Assembly: GCA_031370005.1 (NCBI GenBank)
Contig: JANMPT010000097.1
Location: 32,001 to 96,000 of the forward strand
Length of the DNA stretch: 64,000 bases
Direction of reading: 5' to 3'
From: Bdellovibrionales bacterium
Lineage (GTDB): Bacteria > Bdellovibrionota > Bdellovibrionia > Bdellovibrionales > Bdellovibrionaceae
This document shows, piece by piece, positions 17,545-27,040 of the stretch (position 1 is the first letter of the stretch; each line of letters starts with the position of its first letter). The translations under genes were made by a program, and so were the position numbers. A model generated the notes under the pieces. It saw nothing but the letters and a program-made list of their open reading frames with translations. It had not been told where the DNA came from and did not search any database.

Positions 17545-18200
17545 AGCAATCCACCCAGCGCCACTTTCATTAAGATATCTTGTCCCCAGAAAACTGGAAT
17601 CGCTAAAATATGCAGGGCTCCTGTTAAAATCAAAGCCATCAAGATCATACTTGTAATATGCTCATTTTGTTCAAGTTTGTAATTCAAAGGTGCCGGCAGA
17701 AAACGCGCCAGAACTTTTCCGCCATCCAAAGGATTGAGCGGAATCAAATTAAAAACGGCCAAAAATAAATTGGTAGTAATAAAGACTTTGACGACCTTAA
17801 GAAATGACACCATGACCTCAGAAACCATAAAGTAACGCGCTGTAATGCCAATTACTAGAGCTCCAATCAGGGCAAGAAGAATATTTGAAAGTGGGCCAGC
17901 AAGAGCCACCCAAAACATGTCCTTTCGGGGATCTTTCAAATTTCTTGGATTCACTGGAACAGGCTTTGCCCAGCCGAAAAAGATCGGAGTATTAAAAACA
18001 ATAGAAATCATCGGCAACATAAAAGTACCAATCATATCCATATGAGATAAGGGGTTCATAGTTAACCGACCCATTATCTGGGCGGTGTTGTCGCCTCGCA
18101 ACTTTGCAACCCAACCATGAGCGAACTCATGGAAGCAAAGAGCAAATAAAAATGGAATATAATAAACGCCTACTTTTGCACCAATTTCCATTAAATCCAT
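17541..18200 (-). CDS. Site-2 protease (M50 family)
   Basis: HEFAH, GRLTMNP, FGWAKPVP, AGPLSN, FNLIPLNPLDG. Confidence 0.93.
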   Translation of the reverse strand: MDLMEIGAKVGVYYIPFLFALCFHEFAHGWVAKLRGDNTAQIMGRLTMNPLSHMDMIGTFMLPMISIVFNTPIFFGWAKPVPVNPRNLKDPRKDMFWVALAGPLSNILLALIGALVIGITARYFMVSEVMVSFLKVVKVFITTNLFLAVFNLIPLNPLDGGKVLARFLPAPLNYKLEQNEHITSMILMALILTGALHILAIPVFWGQDILMKVALGGLL

Positions 18201-18356
18201 ATATCAACGCTAACTGACCACTAGACACTTGTCTAGAGACACTTCGAATCATGCATAAAGATATAGCATCAAATGACGCGGAACGTGCTCATTGATTCCG
18301 CAAGTGCTTACAGATATTTTTTAAAGGCTTTTCATCTCAATTTGAAGGAGTTTATA

Positions 18357-19523
18357 ATGTCTAGTTTTGTTGATGCTCGCCCTGCACTCACTGTCCTATC
18401 TGAAGATGAAAATGCCTTCCAAGAAGCTGTTCGTTCATTCGCAGAATCAGAAATCAAACCCCATGTCACTCGCATGGATGAAAAAGCCGAAATGGATCCT
18501 CTCATTATTAAAAAACTTTTTGAAATGGGCTTAATGGCAATTGAAACTCCAGAAAAATATGGCGGTGCGGGATCCACTTTTACAATGGCCTGCTTAGCTG
18601 TAGAACAGCTTGGTCGCATTGATGGCTCGGTTAGTGTACTTCTCGACGTGCAAAACACCCTCGTGACCAACGCCTTTTTGAAATGGAGCAAAGAGCCTCT
18701 TCAAGCAAAGTATCTTCCAAAGATGGCTACGGAATGGGTGGGAGCTTATGCTCTTTCTGAAAGTTCTTCAGGATCTGATGCATTTGCTTTAAAACTCAAG
18801 GCAGAACTTAAAGGCGATAAATACATTTTAAATGGTTCAAAACTTTGGATTACCAACGGTAAAGAAGCCCATGTCTTCATTGTTTTTGCAAATCTTGATT
18901 TTGACAAAGGCTACAAAGGTATTACAGCTTTTGTTGTTGAAAAAACATTCAAGGGTTTCACAGTTGGAAAAAAGGAAGATAAGCTTGGCATTCGTGCAAG
19001 CTCGACTTGTGAATTGCTCTTCGAAAATTGTGAAGTCCCTGTAGAAAATATTTTGGGCGAAGTCGGCAAAGGTTATAAAATTGCCATCGAAACTTTAAAC
19101 GAAGGCCGCATCGGTATCGGTGCGCAAATGGTGGGAATTGCCCAAGGGGCCTATGAAGCCGCTCTGGGTTATATAAAATCCCGTGAACAATTTGGAAAAT
19201 CCATAGCTCAGTTCCAAGGGGTACAATTTCAATTAGCAGAAATACGAACAGAACTCGAGGCGGCTCGCTTAATGGTTTACAATGCAGCTCGTCTGAAGGA
19301 TTCTGGTCAAGACTTCATTGAAGCTGCGGCAATGGCAAAGCTTTTCTCTTCTCGTGCAGCCTGCAATATCACCTCTATAGCTGTGGATTTATTTGGAGGT
19401 AATGGGTTTACAAAAGAATACCCTGTTGAAAAATTCTGGCGAGATGCCAAGATAGGTCAGATCTATGAAGGAACTACTAATATGCAACTTCAAACAATTG
19501 CCAAAATGGAACTTGAAAAGTAG
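18357..19523 (+). CDS. Acyl-CoA dehydrogenase (short/branched-chain-like)
   Basis: YALSESSSGSDA, LNGSKLWITNG, KLGIRASST, GRIGIGAQ, QIYEGTTNMQ. ATG 18357 follows AAGGAG. Confidence 0.95.
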   Translation: MSSFVDARPALTVLSEDENAFQEAVRSFAESEIKPHVTRMDEKAEMDPLIIKKLFEMGLMAIETPEKYGGAGSTFTMACLAVEQLGRIDGSVSVLLDVQNTLVTNAFLKWSKEPLQAKYLPKMATEWVGAYALSESSSGSDAFALKLKAELKGDKYILNGSKLWITNGKEAHVFIVFANLDFDKGYKGITAFVVEKTFKGFTVGKKEDKLGIRASSTCELLFENCEVPVENILGEVGKGYKIAIETLNEGRIGIGAQMVGIAQGAYEAALGYIKSREQFGKSIAQFQGVQFQLAEIRTELEAARLMVYNAARLKDSGQDFIEAAAMAKLFSSRAACNITSIAVDLFGGNGFTKEYPVEKFWRDAKIGQIYEGTTNMQLQTIAKMELEK

Positions 19524-19525
19524 GT

Positions 19526-21061
19526 ATGTTTCTAAAAACTATCTTCATAAGTTTTCTTATTACAATGACTGGAAAGGCGGCCAGTGAGACTCCCGCCCCC
19601 AACTTTAAAATTCATCTTTCCAATGAGCCCAGCAATCTAGACCCTCATCAGCAAAAGTCCTCAGCCTCTAGTTATTTATTGCAGAATCTATACCGCAATA
19701 TTTTTTTCTATGACAATGACAAGGGCCTTGTTGCAGATCTCGGAGAAAGCTGTAAACGACAAAGCCCTTTGGTTTTGGTTTGTAAGCTAAAAAAAGGACT
19801 TCAATGGAGTGATGGTTCCAGCCTGACTTCTAAAGACTTTTTAAAAACCTATCAACAGGTTTTAAATCCAAATAAATCCTTTTTACGTGTGGATCTTCTT
19901 TTAAAAATTAAAAATGCTACCGCTATTTACAAAGGTAAAAAAAAGATTACAAGTCTTGGTATTACAGCACCCAATGCGACAACTTTACGTTTTGAATTTG
20001 AAGCTAAAGATCCTGATTTTGAATATAACTTGGCTAGCTTTTTACTGTCCCCTACTAAGAATACTCTAAATCCAAGTCAAAATGCTTCAGAATTGATCGT
20101 CAATGGCCCCTATAAGATTTTTAATTGGATTCCCGGCCAAAAAATTCAGCTTACTAATAATACTCATTATAAAAACGGAAATTTTTCCAAACGCCCATCC
20201 GTTGAGTTTCTCTTCATCAACGAAGACAGTGTGGCTTTACATCTTTATGAAAAAAATGAGCTCAGTTTTTTAAGACGTCTGCCGTCGCTTTATATTCCAA
20301 AATTTAAATCTCGTCCAGACTTCCATTGGATTCCCATGCTGCGTTTTGACTACTTTGGCTTTGGTCCAGCTTTGAAAAATCACCCAAAAATTCGAGAAGC
20401 ATTAACTCTTTCTTTAGATTATAAAGAATTACAAAAAATATTTTCTTCGGAAGGAACTCCTGGCTGTCCAGGAATACCGGTTTCTTGGTTAAAAAAAGAA
20501 TTATGTTACGAACTAAATGTAGATAAGGCGAGGCAGATCTTTGCTGAAGACAACTCCGTACCGAGTGAATTGAAACTTATGTATTCGGCCCTTGGCGGTG
20601 AAGACCATCGTCGTGCGACCGAATGGATACAAGCACAGTGGCAAAAGAATCTTAATCTCAAAGTCCAATTACTGCTCCGAGAAAATAAAGTTTTTTTAAG
20701 TGAGCTTCGAAAGAATCCTCCTGCCATTTTCCGTAAAGGTGTGGCTCCGGATCGTCCAACTTGTTTGGCCGTCCTTGAAACCTTTGCGGATTGGAACTCT
20801 GAGAACTATATCCAGGTCAAGGATCCCGAGTACCAACATATTCTTGATAAACTCAGTGAAGCAAGGACAGCGCAGGATCAAAAGAGTTCTTGCACCCAAG
20901 GTGTTCGTTTCTTAATGGATCGCCATTTACTTATACCCACGGGCCCACTCCACTTTTCTATTTTGGCAAAAAAGAACTTCACCGGTTGGAAGCTAAACTC
21001 TATGAATCAGCTAGATCTTTCAGATCTTGAGGTCTCCCCGTCTCAATTTGAATCAAAATAA
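19526..21061 (+). CDS. Orphan OppA-like peptide ABC substrate-binding protein (family 5)
   Basis: Signal peptide; EPSNLDP, WSDGSSLTSKDF, NGPYKI, IREAL. Confidence 0.85.
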   Translation: MFLKTIFISFLITMTGKAASETPAPNFKIHLSNEPSNLDPHQQKSSASSYLLQNLYRNIFFYDNDKGLVADLGESCKRQSPLVLVCKLKKGLQWSDGSSLTSKDFLKTYQQVLNPNKSFLRVDLLLKIKNATAIYKGKKKITSLGITAPNATTLRFEFEAKDPDFEYNLASFLLSPTKNTLNPSQNASELIVNGPYKIFNWIPGQKIQLTNNTHYKNGNFSKRPSVEFLFINEDSVALHLYEKNELSFLRRLPSLYIPKFKSRPDFHWIPMLRFDYFGFGPALKNHPKIREALTLSLDYKELQKIFSSEGTPGCPGIPVSWLKKELCYELNVDKARQIFAEDNSVPSELKLMYSALGGEDHRRATEWIQAQWQKNLNLKVQLLLRENKVFLSELRKNPPAIFRKGVAPDRPTCLAVLETFADWNSENYIQVKDPEYQHILDKLSEARTAQDQKSSCTQGVRFLMDRHLLIPTGPLHFSILAKKNFTGWKLNSMNQLDLSDLEVSPSQFESK

Positions 21062-21076
21062 GACAAAAATTTTGCC

Positions 21077-21103
21077 TCAACTTTTTTAGACGAAGGCCGA
21101 TAA
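21077..21103 (+). promoter_or_regulatory. Putative sigma28 (FliA) promoter
   Basis: TCAA-N15-GCCGATAA upstream of the small protein at 21158. Confidence 0.6.
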
Positions 21104-21157
21104 GCCTAATAGCTAGTCCTAAGACGATAGAATAGAAACAACAGGGAGAAATTCCAA

Positions 21158-21382
21158 ATGGCTGAGAATAAAAAAATCGAAAAACAAGTTCCTAATAATG
21201 TAATCCAATTAGGTCCAACAAAATGTTGCGGAGAAGGTTGTAACAAAAAACCAGAAAAAGCTGGGTTTTGCGCTGAACATTTTGAATGGTTTAAAGCCGG
21301 GTTGGTAACCAGAGAAGGCAATAAAGCTGCTGATTTTGAGAAAAAACACTATCACTTCATGAGAGCAAAAACGGCTGCATAA
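21158..21382 (+). CDS. Small Cys/His (zinc-finger-like) hypothetical protein
   Basis: C-x4-C-x9-C-x2-H pattern (CCGEGCNKKPEKAGFCAEH). SD AGGGAG; own promoter and terminator. Confidence 0.75.
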   Translation: MAENKKIEKQVPNNVIQLGPTKCCGEGCNKKPEKAGFCAEHFEWFKAGLVTREGNKAADFEKKHYHFMRAKTAA

Positions 21383-21423
21383 TTAGCTGCATAAGTATAA
21401 ATCTTATAACTCCCATTTCCGTT

Positions 21424-21451
21424 ATGCCAGGCACCCCGCCTGGCATTTTTT
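21424..21451 (+). terminator. Intrinsic terminator
   Basis: ATGCCAGGC-acccc-GCCTGGCAT 9-bp stem followed by a T run. Confidence 0.85.
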
Positions 21452-21600
21452 GTCTTAAATACTTCCCCAAAAGACTACAAAGAATATAAATCCAAAAAAA
21501 AAGTACTTTAAACTAACATTTAGGGCCTCTTGTAACGTCATACCTTCTCTTCGGTCAAATCACCTGCTAACATAACTTCCTAGACTTTTAGTGAGGTTTT

Positions 21601-22347
21601 ATGAAAAAAGCTGTTTTGGTAACCGGTGCGAGCTCTGGAATTGGTCGAGCGACCGCCTTTGAATTTGCACGCCAGGGATATTTCGTCTATCTCATGGGAC
21701 GCAACAAAGAACGCCTTGAGGAAACGGCCCTGCAATGCTGCTCCGGCGCTTGTTTGCTATCATGTGATTTAAGGGATTCTGCTCAAGTTGCAAATCGTCT
21801 TAAGGAAGTTTTTGAAAATCCTCTATACAGCATGGAAATTCTGATAAATAATGCCGGTATTTTTAAAACTCATAGTATGGAAGAGGGAACCGATGAAATT
21901 TGGACTGAACAATTTGAAGTAAATCTTTTAGCGGCTGTGCGCCTAACGCGTCTGTTCATTCCCTATTTTAGAAAAAAACAAAAAGGTTCTATTGTAAATA
22001 TCTCTTCAACTTTAGGCCTGCGCCCCAATTCAAATACAGGAGCTTACTCCGCCTTGAAGGCTGCAATGATCAATTGGACTCAAAGCTTAGCTCTAGAGGC
22101 AGGCTCCTATGGAGTTCGCGTGAATTGCATCTGTCCTGGGATTGTTGACACCCCTATTCACTCTTTTAGCGGCCTCCCGAACTCACAAAAACAAAATATT
22201 CTTGATCAAATGGCAAAGTTACAACCCTTAGGTCGTATTGGCACTGCGGAAGATCTCGCAAAAAGTATTTACTTTTTAGGCTCTGAGCTTTCTGCTTGGA
22301 CAACGGGGGCAGTCCTTTCCGTCGATGGGGGCATAAATCTACAATGA
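21601..22347 (+). CDS. Classical SDR oxidoreductase
   Basis: TGASSGIG, NNAG, SS, YSALK, ICPG.VDT, VDGG. Confidence 0.92.
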   Translation: MKKAVLVTGASSGIGRATAFEFARQGYFVYLMGRNKERLEETALQCCSGACLLSCDLRDSAQVANRLKEVFENPLYSMEILINNAGIFKTHSMEEGTDEIWTEQFEVNLLAAVRLTRLFIPYFRKKQKGSIVNISSTLGLRPNSNTGAYSALKAAMINWTQSLALEAGSYGVRVNCICPGIVDTPIHSFSGLPNSQKQNILDQMAKLQPLGRIGTAEDLAKSIYFLGSELSAWTTGAVLSVDGGINLQ

Positions 22348-22727
22348 CAAAAACCCTGATTATATGTTCTTCTTTTTCTGCGGCCCACTTTTATCATCAG
22401 AAAATCTGGTCGAAGGCCGAAAACCAGGCTTGCTTTGGCAAGTGCTTCGCTACGTATGGACATGGTCATAATTATTGCTTTGAGGTGGGCTTTAGAAATC
22501 CACAAAGCCCACCTCAAAATTTGCAGAAAAACGTAATGCAGACCACAGATTTACTAGATCACCAGCATCTCAACTTTACGATTTCAGAGTTTAAAGACCT
22601 AATTCCAACCACCGAGAATATTGCTAAATATCTTTTAAAAAAACTTCAGGAAGCTTGTCCAAACGAGCCTATCTCTTATATAAAACTCTTCGAAACGAAA
22701 GATTTATGGGTGGAGATTCGAATATGA
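22344..22727 (+). CDS. 6-pyruvoyl-tetrahydropterin synthase family (PTPS-II-like)
   Basis: FSAAH, GKC-x5-HGHNY, LDHQHLN, PTTENIA, LFET. ATGA overlap with the SDR gene. Confidence 0.88.
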   Translation: MTKTLIICSSFSAAHFYHQKIWSKAENQACFGKCFATYGHGHNYCFEVGFRNPQSPPQNLQKNVMQTTDLLDHQHLNFTISEFKDLIPTTENIAKYLLKKLQEACPNEPISYIKLFETKDLWVEIRI

Positions 22728-23464
22728 GCAGCAATGAAAACAAGGTTCGCTTATCAAAATTAATGGCGGAAAAAGGTCTTTGTTCTCGTCGTGAGGCGGA
22801 TACTTATATTGCTGCTGGTCTTGTTTATGTAGACGGAGAAAAAATTTCTGTTCTTGGAACAAAGGTGTCTCCCGATGTTCGCGTAACTTTGGATGTCGTG
22901 GCCATGAAAAAGCAAAAAAAACTAAGCACAATTTTATTAAACAAACCAGTGGGCTACGTTTCTGCTCAGCCTGAGCCGCAGTACACACCTGCGATTAGGC
23001 TCATCACTGCCGAAAACCAGTTTGGCATTAGTAAGCAAAAATTCAAACCTGATTGCTTAGCAGGACTTGCCGTCGCCGGACGCCTTGATATTGATTCACA
23101 AGGTTTATTAATTTTCACTCAGGATGGGCGCATAGCTAAACAAATCATCGGAGAAAACAGCGAGATCGACAAAGAATACCTAGTTCGTGTTGAAGGAATT
23201 CTTCCAAAAGAAAAACTTCAACTTCTTTGCCATGGGCTTGAGCTTGACGGAAAAAAACTGAAACCTGCCACAGTCGAATGGGTAAACGAGGATCAACTTC
23301 GATTCATCCTTCGAGAAGGAAAAAAACGTCAAATTCGTCGTATGTGCGAGCTTGTAGGCCTTCGTGTGCGCGGCCTTAAGCGCGTTCGCGTCGGAAAAAT
23401 CAAGCTCGAACATCTGCCTGAGGGAAAATGGCGTTTTCTCGAGGCCGATGAGAGCCTTGATTGA
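22724..23464 (+). CDS. RsuA/RluB/RluF-family rRNA pseudouridine synthase
   Basis: S4 domain [48 protein letters not shown]. Confidence 0.93.
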   Translation: MSSNENKVRLSKLMAEKGLCSRREADTYIAAGLVYVDGEKISVLGTKVSPDVRVTLDVVAMKKQKKLSTILLNKPVGYVSAQPEPQYTPAIRLITAENQFGISKQKFKPDCLAGLAVAGRLDIDSQGLLIFTQDGRIAKQIIGENSEIDKEYLVRVEGILPKEKLQLLCHGLELDGKKLKPATVEWVNEDQLRFILREGKKRQIRRMCELVGLRVRGLKRVRVGKIKLEHLPEGKWRFLEADESLD

Positions 23465-23523
23465 CATTCTAGCGAATTTCATCAAACAATCGTTGAGTAG
23501 GGAAAACTTCACAGGAGGATTTC

Positions 23524-25128
23524 ATGGCAAGACGAGCATTGGTCATTAGTTTAGTTTTCTTTAGTTTTCTTAGTGCCTCGCCAGTAGCTTTTGCTAAACC
23601 TGGTGATAAAACCCTGGTCTACTGCTCTGAAGGAAACCCCAGTTCTTTCAATCCACAGCTCGTTAGTGATGGCACTTCCTTAAATACAACCCATCCTATT
23701 TATAATGGCCTTGTTGAATTCAAGCTTGGTACTACCAAAATAGTTCCCATGTTGGCAGAGTCTTTTAGTATCTCCAAAAATAAACTCACTTACACTTTTG
23801 AACTTCGTAAAGGAGTTAAGTTTCATACAACTAAAAACTTTACTCCAAAAAGAGACTTTAACTCTGATGACGTGATTTTCTCTTTTGAAAGACAACGGGA
23901 TAAAAATCACCCCTATCACAATGTTGGGGGCGCTACCTATGAATACTTTGAAGCTATGGACATGGGTAAGGCTATCAAATCAATCAAAGCCCTTGATCCA
24001 ATGACAATTGAAATCACACTCAACTACCCAGAGGCTCCCTTTATTGCAAATTTAGCTATGCCCTTTATGAATATTCTTTCTAAAGAATACTCTGACCAAC
24101 TCACGGCACAAAATAAGCAAGCGGACATTGACTTGATCCCTGTAGGGACGGGGCCTTTTATATTCCAATCTTACTCAAAGGGGAGTTCGATTAAATACAA
24201 AAGTTTTGAAAATTATTGGGGACAAAAGGGAAATATCGAGAAACTGATTTTCGCTATTACTCCAGAGGCCAGTGTTCGCGCACAAAAACTCAAAACTGGC
24301 GAATGCCAATTCATCGCGGAGCCCGTGCCAACTGATTTAGCCTCTCTTAAATCTGACGCAAAATTATCCGTCATTAGCTCTCCTGGTCTGAATATTGGCT
24401 ATCTTGCGATGAACGTAACAAAAAAGCCTTTCGATAATGTACTGGTCAGGAAAGCGATGAACTATGCCTTAAACCGAAAATCTTATATCGAAGCAATCTT
24501 CCTGGGAAATGCGACCATAGCAAAAAACCCAATTCCACCGACAATTTGGTCATATAATGAAAGCATAGTGGATTATGATTACAACCCAGAAAAAGCCAAA
24601 GAACTTCTTAAACAGGCAGGTTTTCCAAATGGATTTGAAACCGAGCTGTGGACAATGCCAGTTTCTCGTCCTTACAATCCGAATGGAAAAAAAATGGGCG
24701 AGATGATGCAAGCTGATCTTGCCAAAGTGGGCATTAAAGTAAAACTTGTCAGCTTCGATTGGCCAACTTATTTGGCGAAATCAAAAGCTGGAGAACATAG
24801 CTTAGTTCAATTCGGCTGGACCGGAGACAATGGTGATCCTGATAACTTCCTGAATGTTCTTTTGGGTTGTTCCAGTGTGAATGCTGGAGCAAATTACTCC
24901 CGCTGGTGTAACAAGTCATTTAATGACTTAGTCACAGAAGCTAAGAAAACGACTGATATTAAAAAGCGCACAGAACTTTACAAGAAAGCTCAAGTGGTCT
25001 TTAAGGAAGAAGCTCCCTGGGTGACCTTGGATCACTCTATGGTTTTTCGTGCAATGTCTAAAAGTGTGAAAAATTACAAAATGGATCCTTTGGGTGCTGA
25101 TATCTTTAACGAAGTAAATATCGACTAG
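23524..25128 (+). CDS. dppA: Dipeptide ABC transporter substrate-binding protein
   Basis: TLVYCSEG.P..FNPQ, LRKGVKFH, PVGTGPF, MPVSRPYNPN, GWTGDNGDPDNF. Confidence 0.95.
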   Translation: MARRALVISLVFFSFLSASPVAFAKPGDKTLVYCSEGNPSSFNPQLVSDGTSLNTTHPIYNGLVEFKLGTTKIVPMLAESFSISKNKLTYTFELRKGVKFHTTKNFTPKRDFNSDDVIFSFERQRDKNHPYHNVGGATYEYFEAMDMGKAIKSIKALDPMTIEITLNYPEAPFIANLAMPFMNILSKEYSDQLTAQNKQADIDLIPVGTGPFIFQSYSKGSSIKYKSFENYWGQKGNIEKLIFAITPEASVRAQKLKTGECQFIAEPVPTDLASLKSDAKLSVISSPGLNIGYLAMNVTKKPFDNVLVRKAMNYALNRKSYIEAIFLGNATIAKNPIPPTIWSYNESIVDYDYNPEKAKELLKQAGFPNGFETELWTMPVSRPYNPNGKKMGEMMQADLAKVGIKVKLVSFDWPTYLAKSKAGEHSLVQFGWTGDNGDPDNFLNVLLGCSSVNAGANYSRWCNKSFNDLVTEAKKTTDIKKRTELYKKAQVVFKEEAPWVTLDHSMVFRAMSKSVKNYKMDPLGADIFNEVNID

Positions 25129-25141
25129 TTAGGCTCAACGG

Positions 25142-26173
25142 ATGTTTGTATTTTTCGGAAAGAAAATTCTTGAAGTGACTCTCACCTTAGTGGGAATCAT
25201 TTTTATGTGCTTTCTACTCATCCGCCTCATCCCCGGCGATCCTGTTTTATTGCTTATTGGAGAGCGCAATATGGATCCCGTAGCCTATGAAAATGCCAAA
25301 CAAAAGTTAGGCCTCGATAAACCCATACCTGTTCAATTTGGAAACTATATCAAACAGGTTCTCAAGGGGGATCTTGGAACCTCTATCACGTCTAAAAGCT
25401 CGGTCTGGGCTGAATTTAAAGAACGCTTTCCGGCAACAGTAGAACTCAGTTTTGTGGCTCTTCTTTTTGCTACAGCTTTTGCAATCCCTTTTGGAATTCT
25501 TGCCGCAGTCAAAAAGAACACCTTCTTTGATTACTTTCTTATGAGCACTTCCCTTACCGGTTATTCAATGCCTATTTTCTGGTGGGGGCTCGTTCTTATT
25601 TTATTTTTCTCTGTGAAACTTGGCTGGACCCCAGTGTCAGGACGTATTGCACTTGAATACGATATTCCGTTAAAAACTGGATTCTACCTTATTGATTCGC
25701 TTCAGGCAGAAGTCCGTGAGGCTGAAGGTTTAAGGCCCTTCTGGAGCGTGCTGAGACACCTTATTCTTCCAGGGATTGTATTAGGAACAATTCCCCTTGC
25801 TATAATGGCACGCATGACTCGTTCAAGTTTTTTGGAGGTCTTAGGCGAAGACTATGTCCGTACGGCAAGAGCAAAAGGACTTTCAGAATATCGTGTCGTT
25901 TTAATTCATGCTTTTAGAAACGCCTTAATTCCCATTGTAACAACTCTAGCCCTTTGTTTCGGCGCGGTTATCACTGGAGCCATTTTAACTGAATCTATTT
26001 TTAGTTGGCCGGGAATTGGCAGATGGATTGTAACAAGCATCACTTCACGGGACTATCCAGCCATTCAGGGCGGAGTTTTAATTATCGCATTTATTATTGT
26101 AATCATGAACACATTAGTGGACCTGATTTATATTTACCTCAACCCACGCATCAAAAGTGCATTATTGAAGTAG
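25142..26173 (+). CDS. dppB: Dipeptide ABC transporter permease
   Basis: LIPGDP, GDLGTS, RFPATVEL, SMPIFW, DYVRTARAKG, ESIFSWPGIG. Confidence 0.93.
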   Translation: MFVFFGKKILEVTLTLVGIIFMCFLLIRLIPGDPVLLLIGERNMDPVAYENAKQKLGLDKPIPVQFGNYIKQVLKGDLGTSITSKSSVWAEFKERFPATVELSFVALLFATAFAIPFGILAAVKKNTFFDYFLMSTSLTGYSMPIFWWGLVLILFFSVKLGWTPVSGRIALEYDIPLKTGFYLIDSLQAEVREAEGLRPFWSVLRHLILPGIVLGTIPLAIMARMTRSSFLEVLGEDYVRTARAKGLSEYRVVLIHAFRNALIPIVTTLALCFGAVITGAILTESIFSWPGIGRWIVTSITSRDYPAIQGGVLIIAFIIVIMNTLVDLIYIYLNPRIKSALLK

Positions 26174-26176
26174 AAT

Positions 26177-27040
26177 ATGAAAGAATTTTTTTATGAGATT
26201 TGGATAGACATAAGAAAAAATAAAGCTGCCTTTGCAGGGCTTATATTGATTTTAATTTTTCTTTTTCTGGCAGTATTTGCGCCACTCTTGTCTCCCTTTT
26301 TCCCGGATCAAGTTATTGATGGAGCGCTCAGACTTCCGCCCAATTCTCATTTCCAAAATTATTATTTTGTTTTTGGTACTGATGATATCGGCCGCGATCT
26401 TTTCACCCGCCTACTTTATGGTTCAAGAGTCTCTCTTCTGGTGGGATTGAGTGTTGTTCTTTTAGCAGCATCCCTTGGCACCTTCTTAGGGTTGGTTTCA
26501 GGTTACTTCAGCGGATGGACTGATCGAATAGTATCTAGGACAATGGATTTTATCATGGCTCTACCGAGCGTCTTATTTGCAATTGTCATCGTTGCAGTTC
26601 TTGGCCCTGGCTTGATAAACGCCATTGTTGCAGTATCAATTGTCGCTCTTCCAAACTTCGTTCGTTTAATTAGAGCACAGGTTCTAGCTGAAAAAAGTAA
26701 GCCCTATGTTCAAGCAGCTCAACTCTACGGAGCAAGCCACTTTCGTATTTTATTTAAAGAAATTCTTCCTAACTGTATGGCTCCACTCATTGTTCAAGGC
26801 AGTCTTGGTTTTAGCGATGGAGTTTTAAACTGTGCCGCACTTGGATTTTTAGGCCTCGGAGCCCAAGCGCCAACTCCTGAATGGGGAACAATGCTTTCTG
26901 ATGCTCGAAGCTTTCTTGAAACCTCACCTTGGATGGTGAATTTACCAGGGCTTTGTATTTTACTTGTTGTCTTATCTTTTAATTTATTAGGTGATGGTCT
27001 AAGAGACGCTCTAGACCCTCGTCTTAAAAACCGAGCCTAA
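26177..27040 (+). CDS. dppC: Dipeptide ABC transporter permease
   Basis: GTDDIGRD, YGSRVSL, LGFLGLGAQAPTPEWG, FNLLGDGLRDALDP. Confidence 0.93.
   Translation: MKEFFYEIWIDIRKNKAAFAGLILILIFLFLAVFAPLLSPFFPDQVIDGALRLPPNSHFQNYYFVFGTDDIGRDLFTRLLYGSRVSLLVGLSVVLLAASLGTFLGLVSGYFSGWTDRIVSRTMDFIMALPSVLFAIVIVAVLGPGLINAIVAVSIVALPNFVRLIRAQVLAEKSKPYVQAAQLYGASHFRILFKEILPNCMAPLIVQGSLGFSDGVLNCAALGFLGLGAQAPTPEWGTMLSDARSFLETSPWMVNLPGLCILLVVLSFNLLGDGLRDALDPRLKNRA

Noticed and set aside
23461..23490. sigma70 promoter for dppA (TTGACA-N18-AACAAT)
   Set aside because: Perfect -35 but weak -10 and non-optimal spacing; plausible but not enough to list as a feature.
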